A stretch of 57,311 bases of DNA from an uncultured Sphingomonadaceae bacterium. GTDB taxonomy: Bacteria > Pseudomonadota > Alphaproteobacteria > Sphingomonadales > Sphingomonadaceae. Positions 11,007 through 20,057 of the stretch are shown here, in pieces. Positions within the stretch are counted from its first letter, which is position 1; each line of letters begins with the position of its first letter. A program made the position numbers and the translations under genes. A model generated the notes under the pieces. That model was not told the origin of the DNA and made no database searches. It worked only from the letters and a program-made list of their open reading frames with translations. The DNA lies in the NCBI GenBank assembly GCA_964467715.1, contig CAYXTJ010000002.1:1-57311 (forward strand). The letters run 5' to 3'.

Positions 11007-11864
11007 TTATGTCGGGCCATTGCCTGGCGGATGGTGCGATCCAAGCCCTGAATCATGGGAATCCACGGCATGTTCCCGCGTTTTCCCGTGTTCCGGGGCA
11101 TCGTGTCCCCGATTTTCCCCGAATGGCCCGAAAAGGTGGCTGGTGAGCATGTGCAGCGCCTCCCCCGCCCCGTCATAAGGGCCGTCGAGATCGAGCAAGG
11201 CGGCATCGGCCAGCGCCAGCACCTCGCCCGCGCCCAGCGCGCAGTGGGCAAGGATGCCCTCGCCTGAAACCACGCATTCGAAGCGGTCTTCAGCGGGCAC
11301 GAACTGCCCCGGCAGCCGCGCGGGGATCGGCACGGCGAAGTGATCGAGCATGCGCACATCGCCGTCCTGCGTATCGTCAAACTGCAGTTCGAGGCCCCAG
11401 TGCGCGAGGATGGGCGAGAGCAGCGACACGTCCATCGGGCGGCGCCTGTCACCAAGCGAGAAGCGCGAATGGCCAGTCATCATCGGATCGACAAACAGCA
11501 GCAGCTTGCCGCCATCGCGCACCCAGGCGTCCAGCGCGACATTCTCTTCCGGCGCCAGCGCGCGCGGCTGCGCCATCAGCAGTAACTGCCTGCCCGCCAG
11601 CGCCTCTGCGGAGAGGAAATCGAGCGGGACCAGCGCGAAATCGCGCTCCAGCGCGGCGCGCGCCCAATGAGCGTGGGCCGTGCCTGCAATGATCTCGCCC
11701 AGCCCGTCAGCCTCTCCCCAATAGATCGGGATAGTCCCCATCAGCGCCAGTTGCGGCGCAGTAGCCCTCACCGTGCCTGCATCTGCCAATAGCGCATCCT
11801 CCGCCATGGCCGGACTAGCCAGAGCGAGCAGGCTTGCTGCGATCAGCGATGCTTCAAGGCGCAT
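11007..11864 (-). CDS. Exported protein, GldG/ABC-type auxiliary (DUF4350-like) domain
   Basis: Signal peptide MRLEASLIAASLLALASPAMA; LLMAQPRAL...ALDAWVRDGGKLLLFVDP resembles the GldG/ABC-auxiliary GATase-like fold. Start placed at ATG 11864. Confidence 0.65.
   Translation of the reverse strand: MRLEASLIAASLLALASPAMAEDALLADAGTVRATAPQLALMGTIPIYWGEADGLGEIIAGTAHAHWARAALERDFALVPLDFLSAEALAGRQLLLMAQPRALAPEENVALDAWVRDGGKLLLFVDPMMTGHSRFSLGDRRRPMDVSLLSPILAHWGLELQFDDTQDGDVRMLDHFAVPIPARLPGQFVPAEDRFECVVSGEGILAHCALGAGEVLALADAALLDLDGPYDGAGEALHMLTSHLFGPFGENRGHDAPEHGKTREHAVDSHDSGLGSHHPPGNGPT
11074..11130 (-). promoter_or_regulatory. Putative MraZ-binding array B, opposite orientation, inside the 3' end of the upstream CDS
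   Basis: On the plus strand: TCCCG 11074, TCCCG 11084, TCCCC 11106, TCCCC 11116, GCCCG 11126. Period is 10 bp with one 22-bp gap. Confidence 0.55.
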
Positions 11865-12240
11865 TGGCTGGTGGCGGAACATCCGCCCCGCTCACAGGCG
11901 CGGGCAAGCCCTGCTGCGCGCCCTGCGTAGTCCCCGTTTCGGGCTCTGCCGGCAATTCGGGCACCACGCCTGCTTCGGCCAGCGGATCGCGCTGCGGCGT
12001 TGGCGGCGGCACGTCTTCTGCATTCACCGGCGGCAAGTCCTCGCTCGTCACCACCTGGTTGCTTTCGGCGGTGGACATGATGATGTCTGCCATCCCCAGC
12101 ACCATCACCATGGCAGCAAGGCCGAACAGCCCCACCTGCAGGCGCTGGATACGCTGCGCGCGCGTGCCCGCAAACGGCGAAGACAGCGCATCACCGCCAG
12201 CATCATTCGCAAGGTCTAGATCGTGCCGATCAGGTGCCAT
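11854..12240 (-). CDS. Hypothetical single-TM membrane protein with Pro/acidic C-terminal tail
   Basis: QRLQVGLFGLAAMVMVLGMA TM segment, DPLAEAGVVPELP motif; packed between cysK and the next gene. Confidence 0.7.
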   Translation of the reverse strand: MAPDRHDLDLANDAGGDALSSPFAGTRAQRIQRLQVGLFGLAAMVMVLGMADIIMSTAESNQVVTSEDLPPVNAEDVPPPTPQRDPLAEAGVVPELPAEPETGTTQGAQQGLPAPVSGADVPPPANAP

Positions 12241-12258
12241 GCCCTGTATCCTAATGCG

Positions 12259-13260
12259 TCAAGATGAACGCAGCCAGTCGAAAACCGGCAGGTTCTTCGA
12301 TTCCAGCCATTCGGCGTTGTAGAGGCTGGAGAGATAGCGGAAGCCTGTATCGCACAGGATCGTGGCCACGCGGCTGCCTGCACCCAGCTGCTTGCCCAGT
12401 GCCACAGCACCAGCCACGTTGATGCCGCTCGACAGGCCGAGGCACAGCCCTTCCTCGCGCAGCAGGCGGGCGACCCATTCCATGCCTTCCTCATCGGAAA
12501 TGCGGAACTGCGTATCGACCGGCGCACCTTCGAGGTTGGCGGTGATACGGCCTTGCCCGATGCCTTCAGCGACCGAGGAACCTTCGGCCTTCAACTCGCC
12601 ATTGGCGTAATAGTTGTAGAGCGCCGCGCCATAGGGATCGGTCAGCGCGATGCGGATATCCTCGTCAAACGCCTTCAGCCCCATGCCCACGCCAGCCAGC
12701 GTGCCACCGGTGCCCACGGCGCAGGTGAAGGCATCGACGCGGCCTTCCATCTGCTCCCAGATTTCCGGCGCAGTGCTTTCGATATGCGCGCGGCGGTTGG
12801 CGACATTGTCGAACTGGTTGGCCCAGACAGCGCCTTCCGTCTCCTCGGCAATGCGGCGGGAGGTGTGGACGAAGTGGTTGGGATCGGAAAACTTGGTCGG
12901 CGGGACCAGCACCAGCTCCGCACCAAGCGCGCGCAGCGTGTCCATCTTTTCCTTGGACTGGTTGTCCGGCATGACGATGATCGTCTTGTAGCCGCGGGCA
13001 TTGGCTACCAGCGCGATGCCGATGCCGGTATTGCCCGCCGTACCTTCCACCACTGTGCCGCCGGGCTGCAATTCGCCGCGCTGTTCGGCATCGCGGATGA
13101 TCCACAAGGCCGCGCGGTCCTTTACAGAAGCGCCGGGGTTGGCAAATTCGCACTTGCCCCAGATTTCGCAACCCGCCGCCTCGCTCGGCCCTTTCAGCAG
13201 GACGAGCGGCGTGTTGCCGATAAGGTCGATGGTGTTCTGGCGTGTTGCGAGGCTGGTCAT
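12259..13260 (-). CDS. cysK: Cysteine synthase (O-acetylserine thiol-lyase)
   Basis: IGNTPL, NPGASVKDR (PLP lysine), EGTAGNTG, GTGGT, EGIG, GLSSG. Start placed at ATG 13260. Confidence 0.93.
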   Translation of the reverse strand: MTSLATRQNTIDLIGNTPLVLLKGPSEAAGCEIWGKCEFANPGASVKDRAALWIIRDAEQRGELQPGGTVVEGTAGNTGIGIALVANARGYKTIIVMPDNQSKEKMDTLRALGAELVLVPPTKFSDPNHFVHTSRRIAEETEGAVWANQFDNVANRRAHIESTAPEIWEQMEGRVDAFTCAVGTGGTLAGVGMGLKAFDEDIRIALTDPYGAALYNYYANGELKAEGSSVAEGIGQGRITANLEGAPVDTQFRISDEEGMEWVARLLREEGLCLGLSSGINVAGAVALGKQLGAGSRVATILCDTGFRYLSSLYNAEWLESKNLPVFDWLRSS

Positions 13261-13350
13261 GGCAAGCGAGATAAGCCGTGCCGCAGCGTGACGCAACTCA
13301 GCATCGCCTTGGCCGGGCTAAAGCCTGTCTTGGTGCCGCTGTGGCGGCGC

Positions 13351-13668
13351 TTAGTCTTCCTTGGCGATGGTGACCTTGAGGCCGTCCAGATCGTCCGTGA
13401 ACGGAATCTGGCAAGACAGACGCGAGGTCTCGTTACGATCATCGCTGGAATCGAGCAGGTCGTCCTCGTCCTCGCTCATCGCGGGCAGCTTGTCAGCGAA
13501 GGCAGGGTCCACATGCACATGGCAGGTGGCGCAGGAACAGCAGCCGCCGCACAGCGCGAGCAGTTCGTCAAACCCGTTGTCGCGGATGGCTTCCATCACG
13601 GTCAGGCCGCTTGCCGCTTCCACGGTGGACTCTTCACCCGAGCGGTTGACAACGATCAGCTTTGGCAT
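13351..13668 (-). CDS. fdx: 2Fe-2S ferredoxin (adrenodoxin/putidaredoxin type)
   Basis: [24 protein letters not shown]. Confidence 0.93.
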   Translation of the reverse strand: MPKLIVVNRSGEESTVEAASGLTVMEAIRDNGFDELLALCGGCCSCATCHVHVDPAFADKLPAMSEDEDDLLDSSDDRNETSRLSCQIPFTDDLDGLKVTIAKED

Positions 13669-13745
13669 GGCAATAAAATTCCCTATCCGGTTTCGGCAGG
13701 GCTGCTAGGCAATCGCGAAGGGCTTGGCAAGAAGCGAGGTGCACG

Positions 13746-14363
13746 ATGGGATTGAGCGAAGGGCAGATTAGGGCATCGCTGGACGCGCTGGCAACCCGCG
13801 AGGATGCCTTTGCCCCCGCGCTGGAGTTGGCCGGCTATCCCGAACCGCGCATACGCAACCGTGGTTACAAGACCATGTTGCGCACCATCGTGGGCCAGCA
13901 GGTCAGCGTGGCCGCAGCAACAAGCATGTGGAACAAGCTGGAAGCCGAACTGGGCGCGGACTTCCAGCCGACCTGCCTGCTCGAACGCGATTTCGATACC
14001 CTGCGGGCCTGCGGATTGTCGCGCCAGAAACAGGGCTATGCCCGGTCCTTGTGCGAACTGGTGGCAGCAGGGGAAGTCGATTTCGAGAGTCTGCCCGCTG
14101 ACGATGAAGCGGCGATTGCCGAACTCACCAGGATCAAGGGCATCGGGCGCTGGTCTGCCGAAATCTACCTGCTGTTTGCCGAAGGACGCGCGGATATCTG
14201 GCCCGCGGGAGACCTTGCCGTGATGGCAGGCATCGGCAAGATACTGGGGCTGGACGAGCGCCCGGACGAGAAGACCACCCGCGCCATGTCAGACCCCTGG
14301 CGCCCGCACCGCAGCGCGCTGGCGATCTTCACCTGGCATTGCTACAACAATCCGGCGCTTTGA
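13746..14363 (+). CDS. alkA: DNA-3-methyladenine glycosylase II family (HhH-GPD)
   Basis: IVGQQVS, GLSRQK, HhH motif IKGIGRWSA, PAGD, WRPHRS. Confidence 0.88.
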   Translation: MGLSEGQIRASLDALATREDAFAPALELAGYPEPRIRNRGYKTMLRTIVGQQVSVAAATSMWNKLEAELGADFQPTCLLERDFDTLRACGLSRQKQGYARSLCELVAAGEVDFESLPADDEAAIAELTRIKGIGRWSAEIYLLFAEGRADIWPAGDLAVMAGIGKILGLDERPDEKTTRAMSDPWRPHRSALAIFTWHCYNNPAL

Positions 14364-14434
14364 ACCGCACACCCCTTTCAATGCCGCGCCCCCGCCCCTA
14401 ACTGGGCACACGGGACACGACACCGGGAGTTACC

Positions 14435-16399
14435 ATGACATCTGCCACCACCGCCGCCGACCGCCTCAAGGGGGTCGACCTGATCAGCCGCGAGACCCTG
14501 TTCGGCAATCCCGTCCGTTCCGGCGGCAAGCTGAGCCCGGATGGCAAGTGGCTGGCGTGGATGGCCCCGCACGAAGGCGTGATGAATGTCTGGCTCGCGC
14601 CTTATGACGATCCCGACAACGCCCGGCTGATGACCCATGCAAAGGATCGCCCGATCCCGCAGTATTTCTTCGCGCCGGACAGCAGCGCGCTGTTCTATGT
14701 GCGGGACAAGGATGGCGACGAGAACTTCCTGCTCTACAAGGTCGATATCGCTACCGGCGAGGACAGCTGCGTGACGCCGTTCGAGAACACCCGCGTGCAG
14801 ATCGTGGGCGGTTCGGAAACGATCAAGGACAAGTTCCTGATCGGACTCAACAACCGCGATCCGCGCTTCCATGACGTTTACCTGCTGAACCTGACCATGG
14901 GCGAGATGGAGCTGGTGCTGGAGAACAACGAATGGGCCGGTTTTACCGCGGATGACAGCCTGACGCTGCGCTGGGCCGAGCGGCAGAACGAGGCTGGCGG
15001 GGTGGACCTCCACCGCATCACCGATGGCGTTATCTCGGATGAGCCGGACGAGGTCATCCCGATGGATGACACCCTCACCTCCGGCCTTGGCGGCTATACC
15101 ACCGATGGCAAGACGCTCTACTGGCTCGACAGCCGCGGCCGCAACACCGGCGCGCTTTATGCCGAGGATACCGAGACGGGTGAGCGCGAACTGATCGCCG
15201 AGGACGACCGCGCGGATATCGGCGGCACGCTCAGCCACCCGCTGACGGGCGAAGTGCAGGCCTATTCCGTCACTTACCTGCGCACCGAGTGGCATTGCTT
15301 CGACAAGGGCATCAAGTCCTCGCTCGACTGGCTGCGCGAACATCTCGACGGTGATTTCGGCGTGCAGTCGCGCACCGATGACGACACGAAATGGCTTGTC
15401 TGGAATGACCCGCTGACCGCGCCGATTCGTTGCTTCATCTATGACCGCGCGGCAGACAGCCTGACGCTGTTCTACGTCACCAAGCCGGAACTGGAAGGCC
15501 AGCCGTTGCAGCCGATGCACCCGCGCGAAATCACGGCGCGTGATGGGCTGACCCTGCCATCCTACCTCACCCTGCCCGCCAATTGTGATCCCGACGGCGA
15601 TGGCATTCCCGATGCGCCGGTGCCGATGGTGCTGGTGGTGCATGGCGGGCCGTGGGCGCGCGACGGTTATGGCTACAACCGCACGCACCAGTGGCTGGCC
15701 AATCGCGGCTATGCCGTGCTGTCGGTGAACTTCCGCGGCTCGACCGGCTTCGGCAAGGACTTCGTCAACGCCGCCAACCTGCAATGGTCCAAGACCATGC
15801 ATGACGATCTGATCGACGCGGTGAACTGGGCCGTTGAAGCGGGCATTGCCGACAAGGACAAGGTGGCCATCATGGGCGGATCATATGGCGGCTATGCCAC
15901 GCTGGTGGGCCTGACCTACACGCCTGACGTGTTTGCTTGCGGGGTCGATATCGTCGGCCCGTCCAACCTCGAAACGCTGCTCGAAACCATTCCGCCTTAC
16001 TGGGAACCGATGGTGAAACAGTTCCATGAGCGCATGGGCAACCCCACCACGCCCGAAGGCAAGCAGCTGCTGATTGATTGCAGCCCGCTCCACAAGGCCA
16101 ACCGCATTGCCCGCCCGCTGTTGATCGGCCAGGGCGCCAATGATCCGCGCGTGAAGCAGCCGGAGAGTGACCAGATCGTGGACGCCATGGAAAGCCACGG
16201 CATCCCCGTCACCTATGTGCTGTTCCCCGACGAAGGCCACGGCTTCCACCGCCCGGAAAACAACATCGCATTCAACGCGATTGCCGAAGGTTTCCTCGCC
16301 AGCTGCCTTGGCGGCCGGTTGGAGCCGATGGGTGACGTGGTGGCGCGGTCCACCGCTGAAATCCGCACGGGTGAGGAGTTCGTGAAGGGGCTCGACTAA
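14435..16399 (+). CDS. S9 family peptidase (acylaminoacyl/dipeptidyl peptidase type)
   Basis: VHGGPW, NFRGSTG, GGSYGG nucleophile elbow, NDPRV (Asp), DEGHGF (His); no obvious signal peptide. Confidence 0.93.
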   Translation: MTSATTAADRLKGVDLISRETLFGNPVRSGGKLSPDGKWLAWMAPHEGVMNVWLAPYDDPDNARLMTHAKDRPIPQYFFAPDSSALFYVRDKDGDENFLLYKVDIATGEDSCVTPFENTRVQIVGGSETIKDKFLIGLNNRDPRFHDVYLLNLTMGEMELVLENNEWAGFTADDSLTLRWAERQNEAGGVDLHRITDGVISDEPDEVIPMDDTLTSGLGGYTTDGKTLYWLDSRGRNTGALYAEDTETGERELIAEDDRADIGGTLSHPLTGEVQAYSVTYLRTEWHCFDKGIKSSLDWLREHLDGDFGVQSRTDDDTKWLVWNDPLTAPIRCFIYDRAADSLTLFYVTKPELEGQPLQPMHPREITARDGLTLPSYLTLPANCDPDGDGIPDAPVPMVLVVHGGPWARDGYGYNRTHQWLANRGYAVLSVNFRGSTGFGKDFVNAANLQWSKTMHDDLIDAVNWAVEAGIADKDKVAIMGGSYGGYATLVGLTYTPDVFACGVDIVGPSNLETLLETIPPYWEPMVKQFHERMGNPTTPEGKQLLIDCSPLHKANRIARPLLIGQGANDPRVKQPESDQIVDAMESHGIPVTYVLFPDEGHGFHRPENNIAFNAIAEGFLASCLGGRLEPMGDVVARSTAEIRTGEEFVKGLD

Positions 16400-16425
16400 G
16401 CGCCCTCACCCCCCATCGCTGCGGT

Positions 16426-19047
16426 TCAGCGTGAGCTTGCCGTCCGGCTGACTTCAAGGCGCGCGCCTGCATCAAAGGCGCCGCCGGGGCCAGTGCCGAC
16501 CGTGCTGACCCCGAAACCGGGCGTGCCGATCTGCACATTCTGCCCGCCGCTGTTGTCTACCACCAGCTTGACCCACAGGCTGTCCTCATCGGCAAACCAC
16601 GCGGAGTGCTCCGCAGCGCGCAGGTCTTCCAGGCTGGATTGCTCCAGCCCTTCGGCTGCGGAGGTAGCGAAACCGGGCAGTTCGAAAATCACCCATGAGC
16701 CGTCCTCCATCTCGCGCAGCGAGAGCGACAGGTCAGTTCGGCTGGTTTCCACGCGAACTTCCGCGCCGCTGCGGATGGTCGTTTGCCCGGTATATTCCCA
16801 GCGCCTGCCATTGCGGCTGAGCATGATCGGGTTTTCGATCGGCCCGCTGCCGAAACCCATGTTGGGGCCAAGGCCGAAATGGCCAAAGTCGCCTTCGCAG
16901 ACAGCTGCGCCCCAGTCCGGCTTGATCTCGCAAGCCTCCTCGTCTGAGGCGATGCCGTTGTCGAGGACAATGAAACCACCCGGCACACCGCCGACAGAAC
17001 CATCCCTGTCGTGGATGGCCGCGCCGCGCCATGCGTTCTGCCGCCCGAAGTCCGAAGCCCAGCGGCGCACCACCGGCGGGAAGCTGACCGGCTTGGCATT
17101 CTCGAACTGTGCCCCCTCGATAGCGTTCTCGGTGCTCATTCCGAAACTGGTGTACATCAGGTACGAAATCGCCCCCGCATCGCGCAGCGCGTTGGGCACG
17201 AAGTTCACGAAGCGCGTGTTCTCCACATCGTGGCGCATGTCGTAATATTCATAGCCACGGATCGGGAAGTCGGCGCTGTCAGCCGGCAGACTGCGGCCAT
17301 AGGCCAGCTCTTCCGGGGTGGAGGGATTGCCCACATTGTCGCTCTCGCCCACGAAAATGGAATCGACCACTTTCGATGTATATTCGGCCCGTCCCACGGC
17401 GGATGCCGCATGGGTGAAACCGATGGCATTGTCCGCCACGCGCAGATTGGTGAACAGGTGCAGCTCGCCCCGGCCCCACACCGCGCCGTTGCGGTTCTTG
17501 TATCCTGTGAAATCCTTGAAATGCGACACCAGCGGTTCGCCATTCGGATCCTTACCGTCCGCCACGGGGAAGTGGTAATTGCTGCCGCCCACGCTGAAGG
17601 TGCCGTCGGGGTTCGGTCCGCGGTCGAACATCAGCCCGTCGAAGTTGGAATGGGCGGTATTGCCGCTGAATTCGCGCAGGCGTGTGCGGCGCGGCCATGT
17701 TTCGGCGCTGACAGTGGTGCCTTCAAACGCCCCGGTGGGGTGCACCGGCAGCGCGAACCAGAAACCGATCTGGTCAGACCCGGCAGCGACGTTGCCGATA
17801 TAGCTGTTGTCCGGATTGGTGATCCAGAAGGTGGACACGGTATTGTCCGATGGCAGCAGCACATGCTCTGCCCGCTGGCCGTTCATGCCGGTGATGCCCC
17901 GCCCCGGCGCAAGATTGGTGGGATCGCACGGCAGGGTTGGATGACACTTGGTCTGTATGCCCAGATTGCGGGCAAATGTGTTGCCCGTCTCCACCCCGTC
18001 TTCAAGGAAAAAGCAGTGGCCCACGGTGTTGTAGGTGACGTTGTTTTCCACCAGCACATTGTTGGTGCCGTGCACCGTCACGCAGCGGTTGTAAGTGTCA
18101 TGGATGGCGGAATTGCGGATATACTGCCCCACCCCTTCACCCACGAGGTGCCAGTGCATCGGATAGCGGGCGAGCGTCATGTTCTGGCCCATGCGGGTGA
18201 GCTCGACGCCGGAAATCCGCACATCGGGGTTCAGCATCGCCATGATATGCCCGCCGAACCAGCTTTCCTCTGCATCCTCGGACGCTTGCACGCGGATATT
18301 GCGGCTGAGCAGCCCCACCTCGCCGCGCTGGTCCACGCCGTGCGTGATCGCCCCGAAATGCATGTATTCCAGCGGACGGTCGAGCAGGATGACATTGCCA
18401 TCGATGCCCACGATGGTGCGCTTTTCGGCCTGCCGCGGATTAAAGTCGGTCGTTGCAAGGACGATCTCGTCCCCTTCGCTCCAGCCGCTCGCGTCGAGCA
18501 CCTCGATGATGGTGTTGCCGGCTTCGGCAGTCGCTGTGAGCTTGGTCCAGCTGTTCGACTGCGTGCCGTGCATCTGGAGCGTGCCGCCCATCAGCATGAT
18601 TCCGCGATCACCCATGGTGTTGACGTCTTCACCCGGCACATTGTCGGTCAGCGTGATCGTGGCCTTGTGGGTGAACGGCGCATCCTCGCTGCCGATATGG
18701 AGTTCGCCCTGCCGCAGGTAGATCCACTCGGTCTCGAGGCTGAGGTCCGTGGTATCGGAAAAGGTCAGGCTGCCATCGATGGTGAGGCTGCGCAGCGCAG
18801 GAGGTGACACGTCGAGCACGATATTCGCACCGCGTGCGATAACCACCGCGTCGCCTTCGGCCGGAACCTTGCCGTCTGGCCATGCCGCTGGATCGGACCA
18901 GGCCATGGCCGGCACCAAAGGTGCAGCCGCTTCTTGCGGCATCGCGTGATCGGCATGATCCTGTCCAAGGGCAGGCGTTGCCAGACCCAGCGTGGCCGTG
19001 GTGGCAAGAAGCAGGCTGGCTAAAGCCGTGCGAGAATGCTCGCGCAT
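16426..19047 (-). CDS. Secreted G8-domain / parallel beta-helix protein, CEMIP/TMEM2-like
   Basis: Signal peptide; G8 signature (WSDPAAWPDGKVP...GELHIGSEDAPF); GEVGLLSRNI, RYPMHWH, NRCVTVHGT, GHCFFLEDG, FWITNP, NTAHSN. Confidence 0.85.
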   Translation of the reverse strand: MREHSRTALASLLLATTATLGLATPALGQDHADHAMPQEAAAPLVPAMAWSDPAAWPDGKVPAEGDAVVIARGANIVLDVSPPALRSLTIDGSLTFSDTTDLSLETEWIYLRQGELHIGSEDAPFTHKATITLTDNVPGEDVNTMGDRGIMLMGGTLQMHGTQSNSWTKLTATAEAGNTIIEVLDASGWSEGDEIVLATTDFNPRQAEKRTIVGIDGNVILLDRPLEYMHFGAITHGVDQRGEVGLLSRNIRVQASEDAEESWFGGHIMAMLNPDVRISGVELTRMGQNMTLARYPMHWHLVGEGVGQYIRNSAIHDTYNRCVTVHGTNNVLVENNVTYNTVGHCFFLEDGVETGNTFARNLGIQTKCHPTLPCDPTNLAPGRGITGMNGQRAEHVLLPSDNTVSTFWITNPDNSYIGNVAAGSDQIGFWFALPVHPTGAFEGTTVSAETWPRRTRLREFSGNTAHSNFDGLMFDRGPNPDGTFSVGGSNYHFPVADGKDPNGEPLVSHFKDFTGYKNRNGAVWGRGELHLFTNLRVADNAIGFTHAASAVGRAEYTSKVVDSIFVGESDNVGNPSTPEELAYGRSLPADSADFPIRGYEYYDMRHDVENTRFVNFVPNALRDAGAISYLMYTSFGMSTENAIEGAQFENAKPVSFPPVVRRWASDFGRQNAWRGAAIHDRDGSVGGVPGGFIVLDNGIASDEEACEIKPDWGAAVCEGDFGHFGLGPNMGFGSGPIENPIMLSRNGRRWEYTGQTTIRSGAEVRVETSRTDLSLSLREMEDGSWVIFELPGFATSAAEGLEQSSLEDLRAAEHSAWFADEDSLWVKLVVDNSGGQNVQIGTPGFGVSTVGTGPGGAFDAGARLEVSRTASSR

Positions 19048-19092
19048 GATGTGGGTCCCCTCTCCCGGAACTGGCTGTCCAATATCGTTAAC

Positions 19093-19120
19093 TAGACAAC
19101 ATATTTGCAGGGGAGGTTCA
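19093..19120 (-). promoter_or_regulatory. Possible ECF sigma-factor promoter upstream of the G8 gene
   Basis: Minus strand reads TGAACC-N17-GTCTA, i.e. AAC in the -35 and GTCT in the -10 as in RpoE-type promoters; about 45 nt upstream of the ATG. Confidence 0.3.
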
Positions 19121-19134
19121 GCTTGCCAAGCGCT

Positions 19135-19428
19135 CTATTGTGTCAATTTGTCTATTGCCTTTGCCATTACCGCATCGCGCGCTGACAGACCGCCCGCATC
19201 ATGCGTGGACAGTGTGATCGAGACGCTGTTGTAGACATTGGACCATTCGGGGTGATGGTCCTGTTTCTCCGCGATCAGCGCCACGCGGCTCATGAAGCCC
19301 CATGCCTCGCTGAAGTTCCTGAACTTGAAATCGCGGCAGATCGCCTTGCCGTCATCGCGCAGTGTCCACGCCCGATGCGCGGCGAGCAATTCGCTGCGTT
19401 CGCCTTCGCTGAGCTGCTCGATAGCCAT
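19135..19428 (-). CDS. phhB: Pterin-4-alpha-carbinolamine dehydratase
   Basis: [31 protein letters not shown]. Start placed at ATG 19428; the ORF-track extension overlaps ccmA. Confidence 0.93.
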   Translation of the reverse strand: MAIEQLSEGERSELLAAHRAWTLRDDGKAICRDFKFRNFSEAWGFMSRVALIAEKQDHHPEWSNVYNSVSITLSTHDAGGLSARDAVMAKAIDKLTQ

Positions 19429-19481
19429 AATGTCTCTCGCTTTCTTGTCGTGCGGGCCAGTCTGCACTAACGCAGCCCCCG

Positions 19482-20057
19482 ATGGAACCGTTCCGCCTTG
19501 CCGCGAGTGACCTTGCCTGCCGCCGGGGGGACCGGCTGCTGTTCGCGCGCCTCTCGCTGTCGCTGGAAAATGGCGAGGCGCTGCAGGTCGCAGGCGCAAA
19601 CGGTATCGGCAAATCCAGCCTGATGCGCATCCTTGCCGGCCTTGCCCGCCCGTTCGAGGGCACGGTAGAGCGCAGCGGCATGATCGGCCTGCTCGATGAA
19701 CGCCCCGCGCTCGACAATGACCAGCCGCTGGGCAAGGCGCTGTCTTTCTGGACCCGGCTTGACGGGGAGGCACCACCGATGACGCAGCTTGGCCTTGCAG
19801 GTCTTGAAGATGTGCCGGTGCGATACCTCTCCACCGGCCAGCGCAAGCGCGCCGCGCTCGCCCGGCTGATCGGCCAGCAGGCATCGATCTGGCTGCTGGA
19901 CGAGCCGCTGAACGGGCTGGACGTGGACGCGGTGAAACTGTGCGAGGAACTGGTGCAGCGCCATTGCGACGCAGGCGGCATTGCGGTGATCGCCAGCCAC
20001 CAGCCGTTCAACCTGAAGCACATGCACACATTGAGCCTTGCGGAGTTTGCGCTGTGA
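19482..20057 (+). CDS. ccmA: Heme ABC exporter ATP-binding protein CcmA
   Basis: Walker A GANGIGKS, signature [18 protein letters not shown]; upstream of ccmB. Confidence 0.92.
   Translation: MEPFRLAASDLACRRGDRLLFARLSLSLENGEALQVAGANGIGKSSLMRILAGLARPFEGTVERSGMIGLLDERPALDNDQPLGKALSFWTRLDGEAPPMTQLGLAGLEDVPVRYLSTGQRKRAALARLIGQQASIWLLDEPLNGLDVDAVKLCEELVQRHCDAGGIAVIASHQPFNLKHMHTLSLAEFAL

Noticed and set aside
10931-11130. Periodic repeats as a CRISPR array or microsatellite
   Set aside because: Units are 5-bp boxes with 5-bp variable spacers, far too short for CRISPR; no cas genes; the position fits MraZ operators.
17011-18807. 598-aa plus-strand ORF
   Set aside because: Antisense to the G8 protein gene; composition typical of a shadow frame.
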